A stretch of DNA of 64,000 bases from Saccostrea echinata (lineage: Eukaryota), in NCBI RefSeq assembly GCF_033153115.1, contig NW_026889767.1, forward strand, positions 62,001-126,000, given 5' to 3'. Each line of letters begins with the position of its first letter. The first letter of the stretch is position 1. A program made the translations under genes and the position numbers. This document shows positions 20,286 through 59,071 of this stretch, piece by piece. The notes under the pieces are model-generated. The model did not search any database and was not told the DNA's origin. It saw only the letters and a list, made by a program, of their open reading frames with translations.

Positions 20286-20934
20286 GGGGAGGGTGCGTTA
20301 GTGTGTTTACCTTTGTTTTCTTTATAAAGCAAAATAAATAAATAAATAAATAAAACATTAAAAAAAATTGAATAAAATGTAGAGCTTCTAGATTCTAATA
20401 ACTTTCTAATTTTGTATTCCCTTTTCTGCATAGTGCAGAACTTGCCGTTCAACTCGATAAAGGATCTATGAATCAATTGTTTGAACACATGAGCATTCAT
20501 GATCAGGGAAGAGAGTATAGTATATAGGTTAAAGTAAACCTGCATACTTTATAGAGTAAGCTTAACACACGACTCGTAAATAGGCATATTCCATATAAGT
20601 TTTATTATCTCTAATATTAACACAACGGGTACATGCGTGGAATGGACGTGTTCCTGCTGGTTACTTATATTATTTTTGTTTATATTTTATTGCAGTTTAC
20701 GTGTATTTGTGTTTGTTTTTATACTGCACTGACCTGTGCAACTGTTTTTCTCTTCTGTTTTGGAGGAAGCACACCATTACTTTGTCGCTATGGAGAGTTT
20801 ACAATAGCTATGTAGAATACGCTCGTCTATACAGGTAACAACTGATTACACTGAACAGTGTCTGTTTGAACGGCTCATGGAGCCCTCAGATATAAGGACT
20901 GAATAAAAGAATTCCTTTTACGAATCGTGCTCAG

Positions 20935-21112
20935 CTTTAAAATCCGAGGTCCTGTGTCACGGTAGGCGTTGACACGATAAAGCTCCCCCACTGCTCAATG
21001 ACTCCGAGTGCCAAATTTGAAGCTCTTCACCGGTATCTGGTAACGTTTCTATATGAGTTTAAAAAATTGTCGAATGTAAAACATCATACACTCAACCAAT
21101 CAATCAATCAAC
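20935..21112 (+). mobile_element. 5'-truncated MetaSINE-like SINE
   Basis: GAGGTCCTGTGTCACGGTAGGCGTTGACACGATAAAG...CACTGCTCAATG core, also present in the 45266-45510 copy; (CAAT)n tail. Confidence 0.65.
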
Positions 21113-21352
21113 AAGGATAAAAGTCAATGACTCAATGCAACATGTTCAGCCAAAAAAAAAAAAAAAAACAAACAAACTTATAATGAACAATAGGATCGAA
21201 ATGAGACTTTTCAAGGCATGTGCGATGGGTTATGGAAATTGACCTTTCCAAATACATCTTGTTTTTTTCAAAACAACAAACATACGTAATGGTTTTTTTC
21301 TTTATACCACTTCATCAAAAGATAAGAGTTTTAAGAGTTTATATTTAAGCAA

Positions 21353-38094
<16,742 letters not shown>

Positions 38095-39223
38095 TATGAC
38101 CCGTACAGTTTGTAGAAAGAAAACTGAGTGAGAAAATTCGTGAGAATAGCAGACTTGACACTTAGATAGCGTACAATCTGACGAAAGATTAAACTTTCTA
38201 GGTGTAATAAGAGCATTTTAGAGAAGAAAAAAAAACATCTTGCTGTGTTGCAAGGTTTTCAAATTTTTCAGACACACGTTAAAGACATAAATGGGACAAT
38301 TATCCGTATTTATTTTATTTCCTTATCTCGATAAGTCATTTAGAATTTATATTTTTTTTCTTTGTTCCTCTTTTCTTGACAGGATGCTCCTGATTAGACA
38401 AAGGCAGGTTAAAAATGCTCTACATTACGAGTGCAAAAAGCATGATACAGCTTTTTATGTTGATCTTACAGCATTGTCTTACAAATATCTTTGAGAACTC
38501 AGATCAGCAAATTCTTATTTTTTTTAAAAAATCCTTTTATCGAATTGTTTTAAATCCAGTACTTAAGTACTTGTTAATGTACAAACTTAATGCTCTTTAA
38601 ACAATTCTTTGTGTATCGTTTTTGTCTCTAAACCTAGAAGAATAGGGTTTCCTTTTGTTGAAAGTATCCAATACCTAGAAAAAAAAATTTTTTTTTTTGA
38701 ATCGTTTAATGTTACCCTATTTACTAGTACTTTACAGAGCGACGGTAATGTAGAAAATTTTTGGAAAGTTAAAGTTGGGGCAAATGATTTCAATAACTTC
38801 AGAATGATATCTTATATTCCAATTCCATAAAATTTCTTTTTAGTGTAAAGTATTTAAATGGTGTCGCTCCATTATTATCCTCCTTGGACAAAGTAACCAA
38901 CTATGCTATATATACAGGAATGGAAGAAGTTTAAAGTGGAATATAGCCTTATTCTATGCAGCAAATCTGTCAAAACTGCAGTGATTTTATTTTTCACTTT
39001 CTTTGAAATCTATAACTTTTTCTTTCCTGGGATATTGCTACCCATCCATAAAGGCTAGAATAATAAAGTAACAGTTTGTCTTTCAAAAGAAATTCACTGC
39101 TCATCGTTTTGTGATCCAAGTATGTATACAATTAACAGTCAAACGATCGATAACATAAAACCATATATGTACAGTTATTGAAAACCAAATTTGAAAATTC
39201 GTTTGTAAGTACCTATTGATTAT

Positions 39224-39358
39224 NNNNNNNNNNNNNNNNNNNNNNNNNNNNNNNNNNNNNNNNNNNNNNNNNNNNNNNNNNNNNNNNNNNNNNNNNNNNN
39301 NNNNNNNNNNNNNNNNNNNNNNNNNNNNNNNNNNNNNNNNNNNNNNNNNNNNNNNNNN
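39224..39358. other. Assembly gap
   Basis: Run of N. Confidence 1.
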
Positions 39359-39980
39359 GATTAAAGGATATTAAAAATATTAAACAACGTCCCTTTTTTC
39401 AAAGAGGTGCAATATTTTCGTAAGAAAACTCATTGTTAAGTACTCTTGCACTTTGTTCAGAAATTTATCTATTTAGGATTAAGTCAGGAGGTACAGAAGT
39501 CTATAATTATCAATATCAATATCTCTTCCATGGGTATTTACCACATGTCAAGGTAATGTATTTGAAATGTGAAAACATAAATCAAAAGTATAAAGAAAAC
39601 GTACAAAAAGGGGCGTCTTATTCAAATCGGAAATTAGTTCTTTGTTTGAATTTTACTTATAAAAGGTGCATTTCTAACTACTGTTAAAGTCGTTAGTTTA
39701 AATGATTTTGTAATCATGCATTATTAAACTCAAAATATAAAACGAAACAATGATATTAATCGATCAAATTCACTTTCTAAAAGAGCTGCATTTAGTAGAA
39801 ACTGATAAAACATTCCAAAACCAACTTCTCGAGAAACAACAAGCGAATGTTTTAGATTTTTTTTTCGTTATATACCACAAATAATGAGTATATTTGTCTT
39901 GTTTTACACAACAACAAACACATGTTATGATGTCATCTTTATACCACGTCATCAAAAGATAAAAGTTTATAGTTAAGAGA

Positions 39981-49795
<9,815 letters not shown>

Positions 49796-50761
49796 AGCGA
49801 TCCGCACTTTAAGAAATGGAATGGAGTACGGAACTTACATGGGAATATAACAGCCTTGTATCTTTAAGATAATGGGGATTAAAAGTTCATGATACTGGTA
49901 TTCAGATATAACGCCATTTATATAGGAAGTAGGAGTACATTACAAAATCCTTACATACCTCGATGTTTGTTTTTGAAATATTTAATCACGAGATCATTGT
50001 CCAATAAGGTGTAGTCATTATGTCACTTGTTTTCTTGGTTTGAAATATGTCACCTTTTGGTTCGGTTACAAATAAGCGGGTTCATTTGGTTCAAAATGAA
50101 TTACTTTTAGGCAATACACATGTCCTATTTATACAAGCATTTGCCCCTTTTAAATTGTAGTCATTTTTAAAAGAATGTTTGGGGAATGGAGCACTGCATG
50201 TCCCTTCAAAATCCAACCTCTGGCTGCATGCTCGAGTTCTCCATTCGTTGAGTACTATGAAGCGGCCGCACATCCAAGATCGAGCTCTTCAATCTTGATG
50301 CAGCAGCTTAATTAAGACAGATGATAAAAAAAAGATACCTTGATTGATATATATTTTTGACTTATGTTGGTTGTAAATGATCATGATTAGAATAATAAAT
50401 TTCTAAAATATTAATAAATTGTAAGCTTTCTACGATGTTTAAAATTCATCCTTTCTGCAACCATCCTCATTAATCTATACAACTTTTTGTCATTTAAAAT
50501 CCATTTTTTGTGAAACTTTGAATGAAAAATAAAATTCTATGCGGTTTTTACTTTTTACTTATATAAACATGGTATTAGTTGTTATTTTCTAAGATTTTTG
50601 ATAAAAGTTTATTTGTATTCTCTGTCCTTAAATTGCTGTAAATTGAGGGAGACTCTACCGCATCACCAGAAAATTCCTTATAAACATGTATTGTCCGCTA
50701 CAGATGTCAGGCTAATAAAGAAGTCCCGATCCCCCTCCCCCTTTCCGATGATGCCCATGTA

Positions 50762-51240
50762 TTTTTTAGTCCCCTACCGGTGAAACCGGAGGGGACTATA
50801 GGTTTCCTCTGGGTCCGTCCGTCCATCTTTCTAGCTGTCTGTCTGTCCCTCTGTCTGTCTGTCAGTCTCTCCCACTTGGCTTTCCGCTCTTTTTTTCCTA
50901 AACGCTTGCAGATATTGAGCTGATTTTTGGTATGTGAGTGTATCTTGATAAGTTACAGATCAAATATGCATTTCGTTCCGCTTCATTGATTTTTGACGGA
51001 ATAACGATCTTTTCAATTTTTAAGGGTTTTCCGCAATTTTTTTTTCTAAAAGCTTGCAGATATTGAGCTGATTTTTGGTATGTGTCTTTACCTTGATTAA
51101 TTATAGATTATGTTTGAATTTCGTTCCGTTTCAATGATTTTTGACGAAATTATGGCATTTTCAATTTTTAACGGGAACCAGATTACACTTGCCGGTAGGG
51201 GACTAGTATTTCTAATGCAATACTCTCAGAATGCTTGTTT
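50762..51240 (+). mobile_element. Helentron-associated (HINE/DINE-1-like) element
   Basis: 5' subTIR TAGTCCCCTACCGG with adjacent inverted copy, (GTCY)n microsatellite, two ~147-bp core repeats, 3' subTIR CCGGTAGGGGACTA and short hairpin, T-rich flanks. Confidence 0.8.
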
Positions 51241-52157
51241 TTTAGGCGAAAGGTGCGGAAGCTTCAAATGGCCGCACCAGTGCCTTGCCTTAATTTGTAA
51301 ATTTCTAGTTTGTAATAATTATTTTTGGCGCCCAAATATTTGTGAACGGGATCGGAAGTGTCGGTCTGGGTGACTCTGTGTCCTTATAATGCAGGGGTAC
51401 CAGGTTCAATTCCCTGTTCAACCAAAAATACTAGTCATTTGGGTTGAATGTTCATAAATTGGAAACGGTGATGCTTGATCATCATAATGAGGACACAAGG
51501 CATAAAATTACGTCACTTTTATTTATTTATATATTTGAATTATAAGCATTTTATAATGCATTGTACATGTAATACATGTACACCTAATAAAGTATGGAAT
51601 TGTAAAAACCCTCATTTGCGCCAAGTCTCATTTTCAACTGCATCCATTTTTTAGATATGGTTTCACTTAAAAACATAACAATTACACTGTAATCAGACTT
51701 ATTTGTGTGATATTTGACAAATTTATGAAATAAAGTAAACAATGCTACATGTACCTTGCTGTCAATTGCTTTTACTCTGTAAAAATGCAAATAAATTTCC
51801 AACAATAAAAACAAACCATTTCCAAAAAAAAAAAAAAAGAAAAGAAAAGCAATACTCATTAAAAAAAATTGAAAAGCAATACTAAGTGTTTAAAATCATT
51901 AGAATGCAAAATCATTGTTTTTCATTGGATTGGGGTGGGGGGTGATGGTAAATTTCATACATTTCCTTTGTGCCAATTTCCCATGAATTCACAACCTCCT
52001 CATATAATGATTTTGATGGTGTCTTTTATGAGACTTTCTCTCATAAAATTATGTCCCCATAAATCTGCAAATGTTTAAAATCCACAAAAATTGCCTCATG
52101 AATTCAAATGAGTCAATGATTCCAAACCATCAATGACCATATGCTGTTATAAAATAT

Positions 52158-52413
52158 CACAGGCACTTGGGGACTGGAACCCCCCCCCCCCTTTTTCCAT
52201 TTTTTTTCTTTTCAAATCTGGGGTCAACACACCTTTTTCCTATTTTTGTACTCTTATTTGCACCACAAGACATTGATAATGTTACCCTTTTGTCTCAATA
52301 AGCTGTTTTTAAACATATCATTTTCGACTGATATGTGTGTCAATCCCAGATTTAAAAGGATAAAAAATGGATGGGGAGGGAGGGGGGTTCCAGCCCCCAA
52401 TTAAGTGCCTGTG
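52158..52413. mobile_element. MITE with 8-bp TSD
   Basis: TIR CACAGGCACTT...GGAACCCCCC; TSD TAAAATAT. Confidence 0.8.
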
Positions 52414-53065
52414 TAAAATATATTTCAACTCACAATTATGATAATCAGAGCATTTGCATTAAAACTAATATTCATCAATGCATGTTTCATTTCACAAACG
52501 TACTTGACAATGAATTTACATAAACAATACATGTACATTGCAAAATATTCATGTTAAATATTAATTATTTAATATATAATTATGATTATATATAAAACTT
52601 CCATGAAAGACAATAAAATTTTTTCATATTGAATTATGTGCATCTCTAACATTCAGTGTAAAACAAAATACCACAATTTAATCATTTCTCATATAATTAA
52701 TTATATGCTACGAACAATTAATTAACATCATACCTTTGTTCATGTTCAAATTTAGTTTTAAGGTACAAAATATGATATAGATGTACAATATTTGTCCCAT
52801 TTAATAAAATTACCAAATAACAAGGGCACAGCAAAGTTGAGCATCTCCTTGAAAAAATAGAAAATTATATAAGTTATCACTTTTTTCAAACACTCACAAC
52901 TGTGTTACTATACACGCACATAGTATCATTTTTGAAAGTGGAGGGGGGGGGGGGGCAGCCAGAAAAAAAATTTGGACAACTTTCCTAAAAAACTTTGACA
53001 AGCAACTATGAAAACCCAATTCTATTAATACATACCAAATTACATGTACCATGATTCAAAGCTAA

Positions 53066-53636
53066 AGGTGTCTGGACACAGTTGCATTGTTTACATTTTA
53101 AATTTCTATGCTTATTCAAAAAATTAAAACCAGTTAGATGAATTAAACTTACATGAATATTCTTAGAATTCAATGACAACAATATTCTTCTTTACATCAC
53201 ATCAAACATATGTTTTTGTAAATGGAGCACAAGCTCTGTTATTGTAAATGTTTACGTTTCACCAGGTGTGTTCAATTTGTTAAACTCTGCACACATCACT
53301 GAGCATAAAATGACAATACTGATGAGTTGGTTTTGCTTTCTCACATTTCTACTCAATTTTCTGGATTATAGTTTTGATATTTTTCATTCATACACAACAA
53401 AATTTCTATACTTTTCTTTAGTATTAAGGATAAAGTTTACTTTGTGAAAGTGCAAGGATGTGCCAATCAAATGCATCCTGAAATTCATAGTTTAATAATT
53501 TCCAGATAAAAGAAGTTTCTGAATGCGCTTTTAATATATTTCCATGTGAAATGCTATAGCAACATAGAAGTCATGATATTATACAGAAAATTTGATACAT
53601 GTAAAATATTAACTTCAAATCTGTGTCCAGGCCCCT
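53066..53636. mobile_element. Kolobok-like MITE
   Basis: AGGTGTCTGGACACAG / CTGTGTCCAGGCCCCT; degenerate TTAA-like flanks. Confidence 0.55.
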
Positions 53637-53984
53637 AAAACTAAGCTTCAACAAAAAGTGCGGGCCAACCAGCCTTTCAATAAACATTTTCTATAGTAAA
53701 AGGTTATTTCTGGAGAGAAGTAGAGGGGACAGCCCCCCCCCCCCCCCAACTATGTGCCTCCTATATCCCCTTCAACTTCATTGCCGAGGGATCATAATAT
53801 AATACAAAAATTAACTAACAGTTACTTACGGATATAATTTTGTCAGATTGTTAGTTCTTAGTATCTATAACTTTGACTAGATAATACATTAGACTGAGTC
53901 TGTTTGATGGTATAGATTCATCTCAGATTGCATTATTTAGTCTAACATATGTCATGTAGTAAACTTAGATGTTTTTTCATGATG

Positions 53985-56900
53985 CTATGATGTTGATTGG
54001 GGCTTTTTGACAACTTTGGCCTCTAACATTTTCTCTCTCTCTTGTTCCCGCTCCCGCTGGTGAACTTTTTGTAGATCCTCCTTTTGTTTTTGCTGCTGGA
54101 TCTTCACAGCTCGTCTCTATAATTTCAAATAGAAATTAAAGTCATACTGAATTTCAAGAATGATAAGAATTAAATGATGATATTATAGAAAACATGAGTA
54201 TCATTAAAAAAAAAAAAAATTAAAACATTCTCTCTGTTCACTCATATATAATGTTGCTTTAATGCTGATAATTTCCCAGAAGAAATTTTAAAATATTTTA
54301 CAATTTTAGCATAGCTTGCAAGACAAAACTGATTAAATAGAGACATTTTTAATTTGACAAATTTGAAAAGAAATAATTGACATTTACCCAGTAAGAGTTA
54401 TCTCTCTTATCAGAGTATCAAGGAACCTTACAATAGAAATTTGCAAATAATAAATCCTATAAAACATGCACAGTGCTAGATAAAAAATGTGCCTGAAAAA
54501 TACAAGTGCTCTGGATTTAACTTTGAGTCAAAAATTAACCTGATTCATAGCAAAAACTACTAATGCATGTGAATATTCTTTTTGTCCAGCTACATGCCTG
54601 TTGTATACCTATCAGTGAGATTTTTGCTTTATTTGGCATTCACAAATATACATACATTGAACAGGCAATTTACTTTAATTCTATTGTGGCGGTGAGACGG
54701 ATTTGATCGCCAGTGGCCAGATAGCTCAGTTGGTAGAGCACCTGACTGGAGATTCAGGGGGCCCTGGTTCGAATCCCGGTCTGGTCCACTGCATTTTTCT
54801 CCTCTCCTGTTACATTTGGTGCCGTGCCATGCCCTGGAAGTGACAGGTGAAAGACCTGCAAGGGATGAGCCTGGGTTGGAGTCTTTGGGGGGCCAAAGAC
54901 CTTTAAGGAGGGAGGAATGTGGTGGTCAGACGGATTCGATCGCCGATGGCCAGATAGCTCAGTTGGTAGAGCACCTGACTGGAGATTTAGGGGGTCCGGG
55001 TTCGAATCCCGGTCTGGTCCGCTGCATTTTTCTCCTCTCCCGTTACACTATGATCATCAGGGTAAACCTATAGATTTCTTTCTTTCACTTACCTTAAGCT
55101 TGGCAGCTTTCTCAGACAAAGCATTCATCTCTTTCTTGAGGTTGATCAACTTCATGTGATATTTCTTTGCTTGGGCCATCTATGGATAAGAGTGCTAGCA
55201 AATCAATTGCATTTAATAAAGTAATCATAGTAACTTTTAGAAGGAAAAGGACCCTTGTAATAAATAACATTGGACTCTATTCAGCCTCTTATAATTTCTA
55301 ATTTATAGAAATTGTTAGTGCAACTAACTGTTATACTTCAAAGGAAAATTTTCTAAGAAACACACTTGGCAATTCTGATGGCCAAACTATGTGATATACA
55401 TGTAGTATATTAAGTACATGTTATCCTAGACATTTATAAGTACATCTTGTTAAAGTAAACAAGATTTGGCATTTGTGTATATATGTATAATTATACAATC
55501 ATGTATTTAAGCTAAACATCAGGCCAAGCAGACAGTGTTGAGTCAAAATTACAATGAATTAATTTACATTTTTTAAACATCCATATGACAATGAATTATA
55601 ACAGATAACAGTTCAATAAAAGTTTTGTACATTAACCTGGACTTACAAATACAGTTGAACTGTGTACATTTATCTCAATACCCTGGATATGGCAAAGAGA
55701 GATGGAAGTCCTAATTTTGGTAGACACATCTTCTTTAGCCTCAATATCTCAAACTCTTTGATATCTCTCTGTTTTTTTCTCAGTCACTTCAAGTTTGAGA
55801 TAAGGAGGTTTGACTGGACAGCCATAAGTATAATATGGTTTTTAGCAACTAGCTGGTTCACAGGATTTTCACACACTCTACTTAACAAAATAATTCTTTA
55901 AGGATTCAGAGTTTCCAAGAATATGATGATGATCTGCTTACTGTTTTACTAATTTCCTCCATGTCTTGACAATCTGTAAACTTAGCATTCTCCTGCTGTA
56001 CGGACTCTACCAGGAACTGCTGATTATGCCTAAGGATAGAAAACATTAAAAATTATCAGACAATTGGTAGGAAATCTGTGAGTTTCCTCTACTGTAGAAT
56101 ACTTTTTTCCAGCTTTTTTAATCTGCTAATTTTAATGAGATAACTTTTGAAACCACTGTGAAGATTTTCACAATTTAATATTTGAAATACTACAGAGGAA
56201 TGGGGGGGGGGGGTTACAGTTATTTTATCCACACAACCAGTCGGTCTACTTAATGTACATTTTTAAAATTACTTGCCCATGCAGACTACTCATTTACTAG
56301 ACTGGGTCAGTCGGACGTGCCCTAGTGTCAAACCCTCTGCATGAAGTAAGAAGTTATCAGAAAATGTGTAATACAGTGAAAACTGTCTAATCTGACACCT
56401 GTGCAATCCATCACACTGTGAATTCCAGCGTTAAATTTCGTTCCCATTTTACTATTTTCCATGTTTTTTACACTGTGCAATCCGACACCCTGTCTATTCC
56501 GACACAAAATTCATCTCCCAGTGCATGTCGGATTAGACAGGTTTCACTGTATGTCTGATCTTCAGAATTCCTTTTTTTTCAATTAAAAGCAGTCTGAGAG
56601 AGAAATAATACAAGCCAAGACCATGTGAACAAATATATATAAATCTTTTAATTCTACATCTAATTCTATAAACCTTACATAAGGTCATCTAGTGAGCTCT
56701 TGGATTTCTGTAAAGGTGGCAGACAAATTTCCAGTAATCCTAATGACAACTTCTCCACCACTGATGGATCCACACTTGTCATTCCATCCTCCTCTGGATC
56801 CGCTCCTAAGTTTTCATTTACTTCTGGATCCACCTGTTTCTCCTCGTTTTCAGTTTTGGATTCTGTTGCTTGATTTTCACTTTCTTTAGGATCAAGACTT

Positions 56901-58684
56901 TCTTGTTTTATATTTTCTATAAGCAAAGAAGTTGTATATTGTTCAAGCTTCTGCAATATTGTGATAACAATTAATGCACATCTAAAAAATGATTTGAAAA
57001 ATCTGTGACTATATAAAAATACATGCATTCTTGACAATGTTGTCATCATCAATCGAGAATTTCATAGATAGAGTCAAACCTCTTTATCTCGAACATGATG
57101 GGACTGAGAAAAAACTTTGAGATATCCGAGGATTCGAGATATCAAGGGTAAAATACCTAAAGAATAAGTAATAGGGACTTCCAAATCAATTTGACAATCC
57201 ATGGTATTCGAGGTAGACAGACATCTCGGCACAACGGCACCTCAGCTCGTCAAATTTGACACCTCAGCCCTGACAGGTCGGCCCAAGATAATTGACACGT
57301 CGGCCCATATAAAAGACTCCTCGGCCCAAGCAAAATTTTGTGATAGAAATAATTAATCCAGTGTCTGAATAATAATATTATAGATACTATTATTTTTTCT
57401 GACGATTAAATGATTTTCTTCATAAAAATCAAATTGAGAGGGGGGTCTATGATAGATAATTGGTTCATTTGTATTTATAACTAAATAACTAAAATCATAC
57501 AGTACAAGTCCCTCTCTTGTGGAAAATGTGCAATATATATGCTATGTAATACTAAGATTTCAACATATTAGCAAAATTCTTTCTTATGATTTTATATATT
57601 TCTATTATAAGAATTGTATGTTATCGTATCATTAAATGCATTGTTTCTCTGACGATTTGAAACATTTGAGATAGGTCAATAATCTGTGAAAAGAAATGTA
57701 TTACATTTAAATGCAGCCTTTATGATTTTTTTTCCCCTACAAATTGAATATGGTTGAAAGCATTAATCTTGCATTAAAATTTTATGTTTCATTGACTGAA
57801 AAGCACACATTGATAGATCAAGGAAGCATAGGGAAAAACAGCCTCGAGCTATAGATAGTTTAGCAATATAAATGAATTTATGAAGGTACAAGGGGCATTT
57901 TAAAAAGTTCTGTTAACTGTTTGATAAAATGTTAACTTTCGTGAGTGTTTTCTTAGGAAATAAAATAGAAAATATTTAATGGATGTAAATGTACCATCTC
58001 ACAGCTAGGCCTGCTCGTAATTAACCCCTCATTGTCACCAGTATGACACACACTTGAGACTACAAAGGATGCGCCGCGGCATTGTTTGTTTATCAGGTAG
58101 CACCTTAATTATATGTTGTCTCATTCCTTGATTATAGTCAAAATTTTCATGGAAGGTCTTTTATAATCTAAAAAAAAATATTCGATTATTTTTTCAATCA
58201 ATATTTTATTTAAGTCACAATTTGGAAATATAACATATTTCGTAACGAAATTTTGCTTGGGCCGAGGTGTCTTATAGGTGGGCCGACCTGTCTTAAATCT
58301 TGGGCCGACCTGTCTGAGCTGAGGTGTCATTGGGCCGAGATGTCAATGGGCCAAGGAGTCGTTGGGCCGAGGTGTCTGACATTCGTATTCGAGATATCAG
58401 TGTTTGGGATACCGAAGTTCAACTGTGTATCATTAATGACCTTTAGGTAAATTATCAACCTGAGTCAAAATTTCCATCTGAATGTGAATGCATGTCTTTT
58501 AAGAAGCTCTATATATAGTATATTTCACTAACAGGATTGAATTATAAAATTGAACTCAACAGCTCAACAATTGAGCAATACAACAAATTCACAAACTCCA
58601 TTTGACTGTATATATGTAGGAATTATTACCTGTTTCCCCCGTCTCTGTAGAATCAGACCCATCTCTCGCCTGTGCCTCTGACAT
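53985..58684 (-). CDS. BLOC1S6: BLOC-1 subunit 6 (pallidin), 199 aa, 5 exons
   Basis: Exons 58684-58630, 56916-56679, 56029-55942, 55179-55093, 54116-53985 (600 nt). HNQQFLVESVQQENAKFTDC, AKKYHMKLINLKKEM, KLKRRAVKIQQQKQKEDL...REKML match the pallidin coiled coil. Confidence 0.9.
54715..54787 (+). ncRNA. tRNA-like cloverleaf in 5' LTR (8-nt anticodon loop; probably not a decoding tRNA)
   Basis: Acceptor GGCCAGA/TCTGGTC, D arm GCTC-AGTTGGTA-GAGC, anticodon arm CCTGA-CTGGAGAT-TCAGG, T loop TTCGAAT; T5 just downstream. Confidence 0.7.
54948..55020 (+). ncRNA. tRNA-like cloverleaf in 3' LTR
   Basis: Same fold; perfect T stem CCGGG/CCCGG. Confidence 0.7.
56374..56549. mobile_element. Tc1/mariner-type MITE
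   Basis: TA|CAGTGAAAACTGTCTAATCTGACA ... TGTCGGATTAGACAGGTTTCACTG|TA. Confidence 0.85.
57071..58425. mobile_element. Mariner/pogo-type MITE interrupted by a nested element
   Basis: Ends GAGTCAAACCTC..TATCTCGAACA / TGTTTGGGATACCGAAGTTCAACTG; internal TTCGAGATATC repeats. Confidence 0.65.
57212..58384. mobile_element. Nested TIR transposon with 8-bp TSD
   Basis: TSD GTATTCGA (57204-57211, 58385-58392); long imperfect TIRs with repeated TCGGCCCA / TGGGCCGA. Confidence 0.85.
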
Positions 58685-59071
58685 CTTCGGTCAAAGTCAG
58701 TGGTCACTTATCTTTTTCTCTGGCAAATATAAAATTCACGTTTTCTGATCATTTGTGTTGCTTTGTTAAAAAATGTCATTAACCCAAAAAGTAAGACGCG
58801 TAAGATATCCATACTCTGATTGCATTTATACCTGTGTTTATTATTTTCCTCTACATTTTAGGTGACATCAACGAAAAGAGGTTTCTGTAAAAAAAAATCT
58901 GCACTCAAACCATAAATACACCCCTTAATGGCCTTATAAGGAACATCTCTAGACTCATCATGAATAGACTAAGATAACACTAGAGGAAAATCGATTACAT
59001 TATCATGATTCTCGAGCCCGAGCCCGGTTAGAAAAAACTCGGGCTTGAGGTTCGGTGAAATAAAGAAAAAA
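58685..59071. promoter_or_regulatory. Probable bidirectional promoter BLOC1S6 / PSMB4
   Basis: Divergent ATGs only 387 bp apart. Confidence 0.7.

Larger units (their letters stand above)
54685..55047 (+). mobile_element. Miniature LTR retrotransposon (TRIM) with tRNA-containing LTRs
   Basis: LTRs 54685-54814 and 54918-55047 (130 bp, TG...CA); PBS TGGTGCCGTG 54817-54826; PPT AAGGAGGGAGGAA 54905-54917; TSD CTAT. Confidence 0.92.

Noticed and set aside
51360-51425. tRNA gene (GGTTCAATTCC B box)
   Set aside because: No convincing D arm or full cloverleaf; probably a decayed SINE head.
54715-55020. Tandem tRNA-Ser(GGA) genes
   Set aside because: The loop is 8 nt, there is no long variable arm, and both lie inside paired LTRs with PBS, PPT and TSD.
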